Below, one piece after another: positions 37,023 to 45,353 of a stretch of 64,000 nt of DNA; the first letter of the stretch is position 1, and each line of letters opens with the position of its first letter. Position numbers and translations under genes: made by a program. Below the pieces are notes generated by a model. The model worked only from the letters and a program-made list of their open reading frames with translations. It ran no database searches and had not been told where the DNA came from. Location of the stretch: positions 177,514 through 241,513 of the forward strand of contig CAVXYR010000006.1 of the NCBI GenBank assembly GCA_963766115.1, read 5' to 3'. This DNA is from an uncultured Solirubrobacterales bacterium. GTDB taxonomy: Bacteria > Actinomycetota > Thermoleophilia > Solirubrobacterales > 70-9.

Positions 37023-37389
37023 GTGGCACAGACCAAGAAAAAACGCAAGAAGAAGCAGCGCGGCACCCAGGCCGGCGACCTCGACACCCGCCAGAAATCA
37101 CGGCCCCGCAACCGCGCCGAGGCTCGGAGTCAGGCGAAGTCCGGGGGGTCGCAGCCGGACCACCAGGGCCGACGCCCCGCCGACCTGGAAGAGCGCGGTC
37201 GTCAGGGGCGTGATCGCGGCCGCGGTGTTCATGGTCCTGCTCATCCTGATCTTCGGCCGAAGCTTCAACGAAGCGGCTCCGATCGGCCTGTTCATGCTGG
37301 TCTTCTACATCCCGGCCGGCTACTACATGGACCACACGATGTGGCGCCGCCGTGAGCGGGCCAAGATCCGGGCCGGCGGGAAGAAGTAG
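37023..37389 (+). pseudogene. Small conserved basic/membrane protein, frameshifted at the G6 run 37143-37148
   Basis: The GTG at 37023 gives VAQTKKKRKKKQRGTQAGDLDTRQKSRPRNRAEARSQAKSGG. The +1 frame continues RSRTTRADAPPTWKSAVVRGVIAAAVFMVLLILIFGRSF...FMLVFYIPAGYYMDHTMWRRRERAK, with a stop at 37387-37389. Removing one G restores a single ORF. Confidence 0.6.
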
Positions 37390-37391
37390 CG

Positions 37392-38040
37392 ATGTCCGGG
37401 ATTCAGATCCTCGGCACCACGGTCGGCCCGGTCCAGGAGAACTCGTTTCTCGTCTGGAAAGAGGGCGCCGGCAAGGCGGTCATGATCGACCCCGGCGACG
37501 AGGCAGACCGGTTGATGGAGCCACTGGCCGAGCGCGGGCTCGAACTCGAGGCGATTCTGCTGACCCACTGCCACTTCGACCACATCGGTGCGGTCGCCCC
37601 GGTGGCCGCGGCAACCGGCGCTCCGGTCTGGTGTCCCGAGATCGAGGTCGGAGTGCTGGCCGACATCATGGCCTACGTGCCCTGGCCCGGGATCGGGCCG
37701 TATGAGAGCTACGACGCCGACCACACCGTCTCCGGCGGAGAGCACCTGTCTCTGGCCGGCCTCGAATTCGACGTGCTGTTCACCCCCGGACACAGCCCCG
37801 GCCACGTCAGCTACTCGCTGCCGGCCGCGGCCGCGCTCTTCTCCGGCGACGTGCGTCTTCCAGAACTCGGTCGGCCGGGTCGACCTGCCGGGCGGGGACT
37901 GGGACACCCTGCTCGAGTCGATCAAGCTGCTGGTCGACAGCCACCCTCCCGAGACCGCGGTCTATCCCGGGCACATGGGCGAGACCACGCTCTCGGCCGA
38001 GCTGGCGAGCAACCCGTTCCTGGCTGAGCTTCCCCGCTGA
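37392..38040 (+). pseudogene. MBL-fold hydrolase (hydroxyacylglutathione hydrolase/glyoxalase II-like), frameshifted near 37851-37858
   Basis: Motif THCHFDHIG and TPGHSPGHVSY...ALFSGDV. The other frame then gives LFQNSVGRVDLPGGDWDTLLESIKLL...VYPGHMGETTL. Span is 649 nt, i.e. 3n+1. Confidence 0.75.
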
Positions 38041-39280
38041 TGGCGGAGGAGTTCAGAGCTCCGCGCGGCACTTTCGACGTGCTGCCGGACCAGATGCCAG
38101 CCCGCAGGCGACTGCTCGAGACCGCGGCCGGATCTTCGCCCGGGCCGGCTACCGCGGCATCACCACGCCCGACTTCGAAGACACGGCACTGTTCGAGCGC
38201 GGGGTCGGCAGCTCGACCGACATCGTGCGCAAGGAGATGTTCACCTTCGAGGACAAGGGCGAGCGCAGCCTCACCCTGAGACCGGAGGGGACCGCCCCGA
38301 TCTGCCGGGCTTACATCGAGCACGGAATGCACAAGCTGCCCCAGCCGGTCAAGCTCTCCTATTCCGGGCCGTTCTTCCGGCACGAGCGGCCCCAGGCCGG
38401 CCGGTACCGCCAGTTTCACCAGATCGGAGCCGAGGCGATCGGAAGCGACTCCCCGCTGGCCGACGTCGACGTGATCACCCTGCTGAGCGACCTGATTGAC
38501 GAACTCGGCGTGCCGGGGGCCGAGCTCCGGATCGGCAGCCTCGGTTCGATCGAGGCGCGCAAGGCCTATCTGGAAGAGCTGAAGGCACACCTCCGGGCCC
38601 GCTCCGGCGAGTTGTCCGAGGACGTCGCGGAGCGGTTCGAGATCAACCCGTTGCGCGCCTTTGATTCCGACCACGAAGGCACGAAGGCCGTGATCGCCGA
38701 CGCGCCGCTGCTGTTGGATCACCTCGACGAGGCCGACAGCGAGCACTTCGCAGAGGTACAGCAGTTGCTTGGCGCCGCCTCGATCGGGTTCACGATCGAT
38801 CCGACCCTGGTCCGGGGTCTCGACTACTACACGCGGACTATCTTCTCGTTCGTCTGCGATCGGCTGGGGGCCCAGTCAGAGATCGGGGGCGGCGGCCGCT
38901 ACGACGGGCTGATCGGTCAACTGGGCGGGCCCGAGACGCCGGCGGTCGGCTGGGCCGCCGGGATAGAGCGCATACTGCTCGCCCTCGACGAACCGGTCGA
39001 GCCGCCCGGTCGCGACCTGTTCATCGCGGTGGCCGGGGAGGGCGAAAGGCTGCGGGCGGTCGCGCTGGCGACCGAACTGCGCCGCAACGGCCTCTCGGTC
39101 GAGATCGACCTGGCCGGTCGCAGCATGAAAGGTCAGCTTCGCCAGGCCGACCGGATCGGCGCGTCGCACACGCTCGTGTTCGAAGACGGCGGCGCGATCC
39201 TGCGTGACATGGAGACCCGTGAGCAGCGCCAGGTCGAGCCGTCCGAGGTGCTCGGCCTGCTGCGGCCCGACTCGGCCTGA
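38040..39280 (+). pseudogene. hisS: Histidyl-tRNA synthetase with a single apparent 1-nt deletion near 38127-38131
   Basis: MAEEFRAPRGTFDVLPDQMPARRRLLETAA is in the frame of the ATG at 38040. RIFARAGYRGITTPDFEDTALFERGVGSSTDIVRKEMFTFEDKGERSLTLRPEGTA... is in the frame of track ORF 38225, which also contains GGGRYDGL. Codons GCC (38127-29) and CGG (38129-31) share one base. Confidence 0.85.
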
Positions 39281-39370
39281 TCCGGGTTCGACCGTCGCGG
39301 GCCCCTTCTTTCCGCCGGAGCGATCGGCCGTCCGCCGTGTTGCATCTGGTGAAGTCATTTCGGGTCCGGC

Positions 39371-39399
39371 TTGACCCGGTCCCGGTTGCGGCGTATCTT
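39371..39399 (+). promoter_or_regulatory. Putative sigma-70-type promoter (TTGACC-17 nt-TATCTT)
   Basis: TTGACC at 39371-39376 and TATCTT at 39394-39399, about 50 nt upstream of the ATG at 39449. Confidence 0.45.
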
Positions 39400-39448
39400 G
39401 CCATTGGGCAAGCCGGTGTTCGGAGCCAATCGAGGGAGGTCAGAGGTT

Positions 39449-40939
39449 ATGAAGCGACGCAGGTTCAGTTGGATCGGGATCCCGGTAGGTCTGGGCGTCT
39501 GCCTTGCGATGCTGGGCGGGGCTTCGGGTGCGAGCGCGTTGACGATCACGGTCAGCACGACAAACGATGAACTGGGCGGCAACCCCGCCGGCTGCTCGCT
39601 TCGGGAAGCGATCAGCTCTGCGAACAGCAACTCGGCGATCGGCGGCTGCACTGCCGGTTCCGGGGCCGACGTGATCAAGCTGCCGGGGGGCGAGTACAGG
39701 ATTGTGCGGCCGGGCAGCGGCGAAGACCTGAACTCGACCGGCGACTTCGACATCACCGGCAGCGAATCGGTGACTGTCGAGCCTTCCGGGGGAGACGACA
39801 AGGTCACGGTCGACGGCAACGGCCTCGATCGCGTCTTCGACCAGCTCGGGACAGCGGCCCTCCAGGTGAACAACCTGACCGTCACCGGCGGGCAGACCCC
39901 GGTATTGGACGACGGCGGCGGTATCCGCAACGGCGGAGCCGGCACCCTCACCCTCAACGGCGCCACCGTCACCGACAACCAGGCGACGGTCAGCGGCGGC
40001 GGCGTAGTCGTGTATGCGAGCTCCACGATCGTCAACAGCACGATTTCCGACAACCGCTCCGGCGGCGGCGGCGGCGGAATCTACGCGGCCGGCAGCACGA
40101 CGCTGACCGTCCGGAGCTCGACGATCACCGACAACGAAGCCGACTACGACGCCAATGACACCGGGGACGGTGGCGGCTTCAATGAGGCGATGGCGACGTC
40201 GGTCAGCTTCTTCAACGTGATCAATGCCGAGAACCGCGACGGTTCATCGCTTCCGGCGAACCAGTGGCCGGACTGCTACAGCACGAGCGCGTTCTTCTTC
40301 CCTCGTTTCACCCTGAGCACCCAGGCGATGGGGGCCGGGAATTGCCTGGTCGGGTTCGCCCATCCGGGCAACCAGGTCGTCGCCGATCCGATGATCGGGC
40401 CACTGGCCGACAACGGCGGTCAGACCAGGACCCACGCGCTGCTCGAGGGCAGCCCGGCGATCGGCGCCGGCGGAACCACGGGCACCGACACCTGCCCCCC
40501 GGTCGACCAGAACGGCAACCCCCGTCCTGCCGACAGCTGCGATATCGGGGCGGTCCAGTTCATCGGCAACGACACTCCGATCCCCCCTCCGGGTGGCGGA
40601 GCGGCCGACATGAAGATCGTCAAGGTCAAGCCGAAGAAGCTGAAGCTGAAGCGTGGCAAGAAGGCGAAGAAGGCCAAGGTGGTGGTGCGGAACGACGGCG
40701 ATGCAGCCGGCGCCTCGGTGGAGGTCTGCCTGAAGCTTCCGAAGAAGACCAGGAAGGCGATCAAGCTGAAGGGCAAGAAGTGCCGCAACACGGCCAGCTT
40801 CGCGCCGGGCAAGAAGGTCTACAAGTTCAAGCTGAAAGCGAAGAAGAAGGCCGGGAAGAAGGCCTACAAAGGCAAGGTCACCATGAACGCCGAAGGAGCC
40901 GGCACGAAGAAGGCCAAGCTGAAGATCAAGGTCAAGTAG
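39449..40939 (+). CDS. Secreted beta-helix protein (choice-of-anchor-Q-like) with a Lys-rich Ig/CARDB-like C-terminal module
   Basis: ATG at 39449 after GGGAGG. Signal MKRRRFSWIGIPVGLGVCLAMLGGASGASA. CSLREAISSAN, repeated NxTVTGG/NSTISDN beta-helix-like turns, GPLADNGGQTRTHALLEGSPAIGAG and CDIGAVQF. Then MKIVKVKPKKLKLKRGKK...KIKVK. Confidence 0.8.
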   Translation: MKRRRFSWIGIPVGLGVCLAMLGGASGASALTITVSTTNDELGGNPAGCSLREAISSANSNSAIGGCTAGSGADVIKLPGGEYRIVRPGSGEDLNSTGDFDITGSESVTVEPSGGDDKVTVDGNGLDRVFDQLGTAALQVNNLTVTGGQTPVLDDGGGIRNGGAGTLTLNGATVTDNQATVSGGGVVVYASSTIVNSTISDNRSGGGGGGIYAAGSTTLTVRSSTITDNEADYDANDTGDGGGFNEAMATSVSFFNVINAENRDGSSLPANQWPDCYSTSAFFFPRFTLSTQAMGAGNCLVGFAHPGNQVVADPMIGPLADNGGQTRTHALLEGSPAIGAGGTTGTDTCPPVDQNGNPRPADSCDIGAVQFIGNDTPIPPPGGGAADMKIVKVKPKKLKLKRGKKAKKAKVVVRNDGDAAGASVEVCLKLPKKTRKAIKLKGKKCRNTASFAPGKKVYKFKLKAKKKAGKKAYKGKVTMNAEGAGTKKAKLKIKVK

Positions 40940-40972
40940 TTCGCCGCCGCTTTCCTGAAAGACTGGGCGCCG

Positions 40973-42769
40973 ATGTCCGACGCCCCTTCTCTCAGCCCGA
41001 ACCGCTTTCGTGACACCTGGTCCGGCCAGGTGCTGGGCGACCGGGTCGGTGACGAGGTCCGGCTCTCCGGTTGGGTGCATCGCCGCCGTGACCATGGCGG
41101 CCTGATCTTCATCGACCTGCGCGACCGGACCGGGATCGTGCAGCTCGTCTTCAACCCGGACGAGGCCGGTGGTTCGTTCGATCTGGGCCACAGGTTGCGT
41201 TCCGAGTACGTGCTCTCGGTGACCGGCAAGGTCGTCAACCGGGAGCCCGAGACGGTCAACCCCGAGCTCCCGACCGGCGAGTTCGAGGTCCACGTGAACA
41301 CCGCCGAGGTCCTGGCCGAATCGGACACCCCGCCGTTCGGGATCGAGGACTACCAGGGCGAGGCCGGGGAGGAGACCAGGCTCAAACACCGCTACCTCGA
41401 CCTCCGCCGCGAACCGATGCGGGAGGCGATCGAGCTGCGACACCGCCTGACCACAGCGATGCGGTCGTTCCTCGACAGCGAGGGCTTCCTCGAGATCGAG
41501 ACCCCGATCCTGACCCGCTCGACCCCGGAGGGAGCGCGCGACTTCCTGGTGCCGAGCCGGCTCCAGCGGGGCTCGTTCTACGCCCTGCCGCAGTCGCCGC
41601 AGCTGTTCAAGCAGCTGTTGATGGTTTCCGGCTTCGAGCGCTACTTCCAGATCGCCCGCTGCTTCAGGGACGAGGATCTGAGGGCCGACCGCCAGCCGGA
41701 CTTCACCCAGCTCGACATCGAGATGTCGTTTGTCGACGGCGAGGACGTGATCGGGCTGAACGAACGGCTGATCGCCCACCTGCTGTCGGGGATGGGGATC
41801 GAGATCGAGACCCCGTTCCCGCGCATGTGTTACGACGAAGCGGTCGGCAGATTCGGTAGCGACAAGCCCGACACCCGCTTTGGCTACGAGATCACCGACC
41901 TGACCGAGTGCCTGCGGGGGACCGGGTTCAAGGCTTTCGGCGGTGTGATCGAGTCCGGCGGGTCGGTGCGGGGGATCAACTTCGGCCAACGGGAACTCTC
42001 ACGGGCCCAGCTCGACGGCTTGATCGACGACGCCAAGGAGCTCGGTGCCAAAGGCCTGGTCTGGGCCTTTCGCGAAGGCGACGGCTGGCGCGCTCCGATC
42101 GCCAAGTTCCTCTCGGCCGGCGAGCTGCTCTCGCTGAACGAAGCGATGGACGCCGACGAGGGCGACCTGATGCTGGTCGCCGCCGACGCCCCGGCCAGGG
42201 TCGCGTCGATACTCGGCGGCCTGCGGACCCGGCTCGCCGAGCGGTGGGACCTGATCCCGGACGCCGTCAACCAGCTGACCTGGATAGTCGACTGGCCGCT
42301 TTTCGAATGGGATGAGGAAGAGGACCGCTGGGACGCGCTGCACCATCCGTTCACCGCCCCGGCCGGAGAGCTGGATCCGGAGAACCCCGGCGGCGCCCGG
42401 GCCCAGGCCTACGACCTGGTCTGGAACGGGGTCGAGCTGGGCGGCGGCTCGATCCGTATCAACCGGCCGGACGTCCAGTGGGACGTATTCAGGGTCCTGG
42501 GGATCAGCGACGAGGAGGCTCGGGCCGAGTTCGGGTTTCTGCTGGACGCGCTTCGCTATGGAGCCCCGCCACACGGCGGCATCGCCTACGGCGTCGACCG
42601 CTTCGCCGCGCTCCTGGCCGGGGCCGACTCGATCCGTGACGTGATCGCCTTTCCCAAGACGGCTTCGGGCGCCGACCCCCTGACCGGCGCGCCGGCACCG
42701 GTTGACGAGACCCAGTTGCGCGAAACCGGGATCGCACTGAGAAAGCCGCCCAAGCCCGGCTCTTCGTGA
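40973..42769 (+). CDS. aspS: Aspartyl-tRNA synthetase
   Basis: 598 aa. Has GWVHRRRDHGGLIFIDLRDRTG, QSPQLFKQLLM, FRDEDLRADRQPDFTQLD, GGGSIRI. Confidence 0.95.
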   Translation: MSDAPSLSPNRFRDTWSGQVLGDRVGDEVRLSGWVHRRRDHGGLIFIDLRDRTGIVQLVFNPDEAGGSFDLGHRLRSEYVLSVTGKVVNREPETVNPELPTGEFEVHVNTAEVLAESDTPPFGIEDYQGEAGEETRLKHRYLDLRREPMREAIELRHRLTTAMRSFLDSEGFLEIETPILTRSTPEGARDFLVPSRLQRGSFYALPQSPQLFKQLLMVSGFERYFQIARCFRDEDLRADRQPDFTQLDIEMSFVDGEDVIGLNERLIAHLLSGMGIEIETPFPRMCYDEAVGRFGSDKPDTRFGYEITDLTECLRGTGFKAFGGVIESGGSVRGINFGQRELSRAQLDGLIDDAKELGAKGLVWAFREGDGWRAPIAKFLSAGELLSLNEAMDADEGDLMLVAADAPARVASILGGLRTRLAERWDLIPDAVNQLTWIVDWPLFEWDEEEDRWDALHHPFTAPAGELDPENPGGARAQAYDLVWNGVELGGGSIRINRPDVQWDVFRVLGISDEEARAEFGFLLDALRYGAPPHGGIAYGVDRFAALLAGADSIRDVIAFPKTASGADPLTGAPAPVDETQLRETGIALRKPPKPGSS

Positions 42770-42791
42770 GCCCGTTCGACCGGGTCCGGGG

Positions 42792-43080
42792 ATGAGCCTT
42801 TTCGACCGCCTTCGCCAACGGGTCAGCAGGATCGGGGACGGATCCGACCGGATCTACGTAAACGATCCCCGCTTCGACGAATGGGTGGTGGTCCGCGAGT
42901 ACGAGGACCTGCAGACCGCGACCGCCTTTTCTGCAGGCCCTGCGTGACGCCGGCCAGGAAGCCGTGCTGACCTCGGACTGGGAACTCGACCGGTTCAAGC
43001 GCGGCGACATCAATCTCCAGGTCCCACCGGGCAACTGGTCCGAGGCCGAGGAGCTGCTCTCCGGTCTCGATCTCGACTGA
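42792..43080 (+). pseudogene. Small DUF2007-like protein, frameshifted at the T4 run 42927-42930
   Basis: MSLFDRLRQRVSRIGDGSDRIYVNDPRFDEWVVVREYEDLQTATAF is followed in the other frame by LQALRDAGQEAVLTSDWELDRFKRGDINLQVPPGNWSEAEELLSGLDLD. Span is 289 nt, i.e. 3n+1. Confidence 0.5.
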
Positions 43081-43391
43081 TCACGGTCAGGCCCAACCCG
43101 GCCGGTTCGAGTCCTGCCGGGGCCAACAGCCGGCGGCCGTACCAGAATCCCGTCGGCCCTGTTTCGCCACCGGGACCCCCCGGGAGTGGTAGGTTGTTTT
43201 CGAGGCTCGAACCTGTGCGTTAGCCGTCTCATAAATTGACCCAACATCAATGGCACGGGAGCCGATCTCTCCCTGTCCCCTGCGGGATGGGAGGTAGGCA
43301 CCCACCTGTATTTCAGGGATCAATGCCAGAGGCGGCGTCGGCAGGTTGGGGCCTCGTTTTCGTTCCCCGGTCCGGTTAGGATCGGGGACCT

Positions 43392-44333
43392 ATGGCCGGC
43401 TCGAACCCTCCAGCGGAAAACTCCCCAGCGGACAACTTGCGTGCTGAAGACTCAGCGGCGGACAACTCGCCGGTGGACGACTCCAGACACAGGTACCCGG
43501 ACCTGGTCGAACAGGGTCGCGGCCGTGAGGAGGAACTTGTCCGAGTCGAGGTCGAAGGAACCCGGGCGACCGTGACCCTGGATGATCCGAACCGGCTCAA
43601 CTCCCTGGGGACCGCGCTGATGGTTCAGCTCGTGGATGCGCTTCGGGATCTCGCGGCAGAACCAGCGATCAGGTGTGTCGTGCTGACCGGGACCGACCCC
43701 GCCTTCTCGGCCGGGGGCGATCTCGAGATGATCGCTGACGGATCGCGGGCGATCCGGGACGATGACAAGGATGCCGACACCAGCGACTCCTGGCGCTGGA
43801 TCCGGCATCAGTTCGGCGGCGTGGTTCGCGCGATCGTCGGCAGCGAGAAGTTCTTCATCGCGGCGATCAACGGCCCGGCGGCCGGCGTCGGGCTCGCCTT
43901 CGCCCTCGCCTGCGATGTCCTGATCATGTCCGAGCGGGGGGTCCTGGTGCCGGCCTTCGGCAAACTGGGGCTCGTGCCGGAGGTCGGGACGAGCTGGTTC
44001 TTGACCCGGAGGCTCGGGTACCAGGGCTCGATCGCCCTCTACGTCAAGGGCGAGCACATCGAGGCGGACGAGGCGCTTCGTCTCGGCCTGGTCCAGGAAG
44101 TTCACCCGCACGATGAGCTGGCCGGAGCGGCTGACCGCTGGTGCGAGAGGGTCGAGCGGTTGCCCGGCCACGCCTTTCCGATGACCAAGTCGGTCCTCCG
44201 GGAGTCAACCGACGCCTCCTGGCACCAGGCGCTCGGCATCGAAGAGTTCGCCGAGGCCAACTGCTTTTCGACCGAATCGCTGAGCCGCTCGGCTGAAGCG
44301 CTGCGGGGATCGGTGCGCCGGACCGGGCCTTGA
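43392..44333 (+). CDS. Enoyl-CoA hydratase/isomerase (crotonase) family protein
   Basis: Has VTLDDPNRLNSL, VVLTGTDPAFSAGGDL and AAINGPAAGVGLAFALACD. The N-terminal approx 27 aa are low-complexity, so the GTG at 43473 is an alternative start. Confidence 0.8.
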   Translation: MAGSNPPAENSPADNLRAEDSAADNSPVDDSRHRYPDLVEQGRGREEELVRVEVEGTRATVTLDDPNRLNSLGTALMVQLVDALRDLAAEPAIRCVVLTGTDPAFSAGGDLEMIADGSRAIRDDDKDADTSDSWRWIRHQFGGVVRAIVGSEKFFIAAINGPAAGVGLAFALACDVLIMSERGVLVPAFGKLGLVPEVGTSWFLTRRLGYQGSIALYVKGEHIEADEALRLGLVQEVHPHDELAGAADRWCERVERLPGHAFPMTKSVLRESTDASWHQALGIEEFAEANCFSTESLSRSAEALRGSVRRTGP

Positions 44334-44345
44334 CCGGCCCGATGG

Positions 44346-45316
44346 TCAGGTGGCAGCGCCCACCGGGCCGAAGTCGTACTCGACTCCGGTCAGGTCGGTT
44401 GAGATCTGCCAGAGGCGGTCGGCGATCTCGGGGTTCTCGGCCTTTGACCTGGGGGCGACGATCACCGGCGACCCGCGGTGCTCTCCGTGGCCGTCCGGAC
44501 CGATGTAGCTTCCGCCGGCCAGATCGGGAACGGTCGCCGCGTAGAGCGTCGGCAGGGCCCCTGCTTCGGCGTCCTGCGCGATGGTCCAGTTGCCGAGTTT
44601 GAGCAGCGGCTTGCTGATCAGCGCCATGATGTCGCTGCCCAGACCGGTGCCCGCCGCCTGTAGGTTGGTCGCCGAGTAGCCGGGATGTGCCGCCATGCTC
44701 TCGATGTCGAGACCGGCCTCGGCCAGTCGCTTCTGCAGGTCGAGCGCGAAGACCAGATTGGCCAGCTTCGACTGCCCGTAGGCCGACCAGCGCCGGTAGC
44801 TCTGTTCGCGTTGAAGGTCGTCGAAGTCGAGCTGGCCCATCTTGTGAGCGTTGCTGCTCACGGTGACTATCCGGACGCCGGGCACTTTCTTGAGGCTGTC
44901 GAGCAGTAGCCCGGTCAGCGCGAAGTGGCCGAGATGGTTGGTCCCGAACTGGAGCTCGAAACCGTCGGCCGTCTCCTTGCGCGGCGGGGCCATCACGCCG
45001 GCATTGTTGATCAGCAGGTCGATCCCGTCGGGGTAGTCCGCGATGATTCGGGCGGCGAAGGATCGCGGACCGAGTCCAGGCTGGCCAGGTCGAGTTCACG
45101 AACCTCGAATTGCGCGGCGTCACCGCCGGAGCCGATCTCGTCACGCATCTGCTCGACCGCGGCCTCGCCCTTGCCGACATCGCGGCAGGCGACGATCACC
45201 TTCGCGCCCTTACCGGCCAGCTCGCGAGCCGCGACCAGCCCGATGCCGCTGTTTGCACCGGTGACGATTGCCGTCCTGCCGGACTGGTCATCCATGTCAT
45301 CCGCATTCCAACCCAT
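44346..45316 (-). pseudogene. Short-chain dehydrogenase/reductase (classical SDR), frameshifted near 45058-45066
   Basis: The N-terminal part (track ORF 45011-45316) has TAIVTGANSGIGLVAARELA...[13 protein letters not shown]. The other frame continues [27 protein letters not shown]...VSSNAH...YGQSKLAN (track ORF 44346-44996). Span is 3n+2. Confidence 0.75.
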
Positions 45317-45353
45317 GATCTACGTATGAGGCTACCCCTTTACTCTTTGCGGG

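Noticed and set aside
38121-38135. Programmed ribosomal frameshifting in hisS or the other split genes
   Set aside because: There is no slippery heptamer (X XXY YYZ) and no obvious stimulatory hairpin or pseudoknot at the junctions I examined. Several junctions are simple homopolymers, and the number of affected unrelated genes makes recoding implausible.
43095-43125. Possible tRNA gene (GGTTCGAGTCCTGCC T-arm)
   Set aside because: No matching 5' acceptor strand, D-arm or anticodon arm can be drawn upstream; that sequence is the end of a coding region. It is kept only as a low-interest observation of a possible relic.
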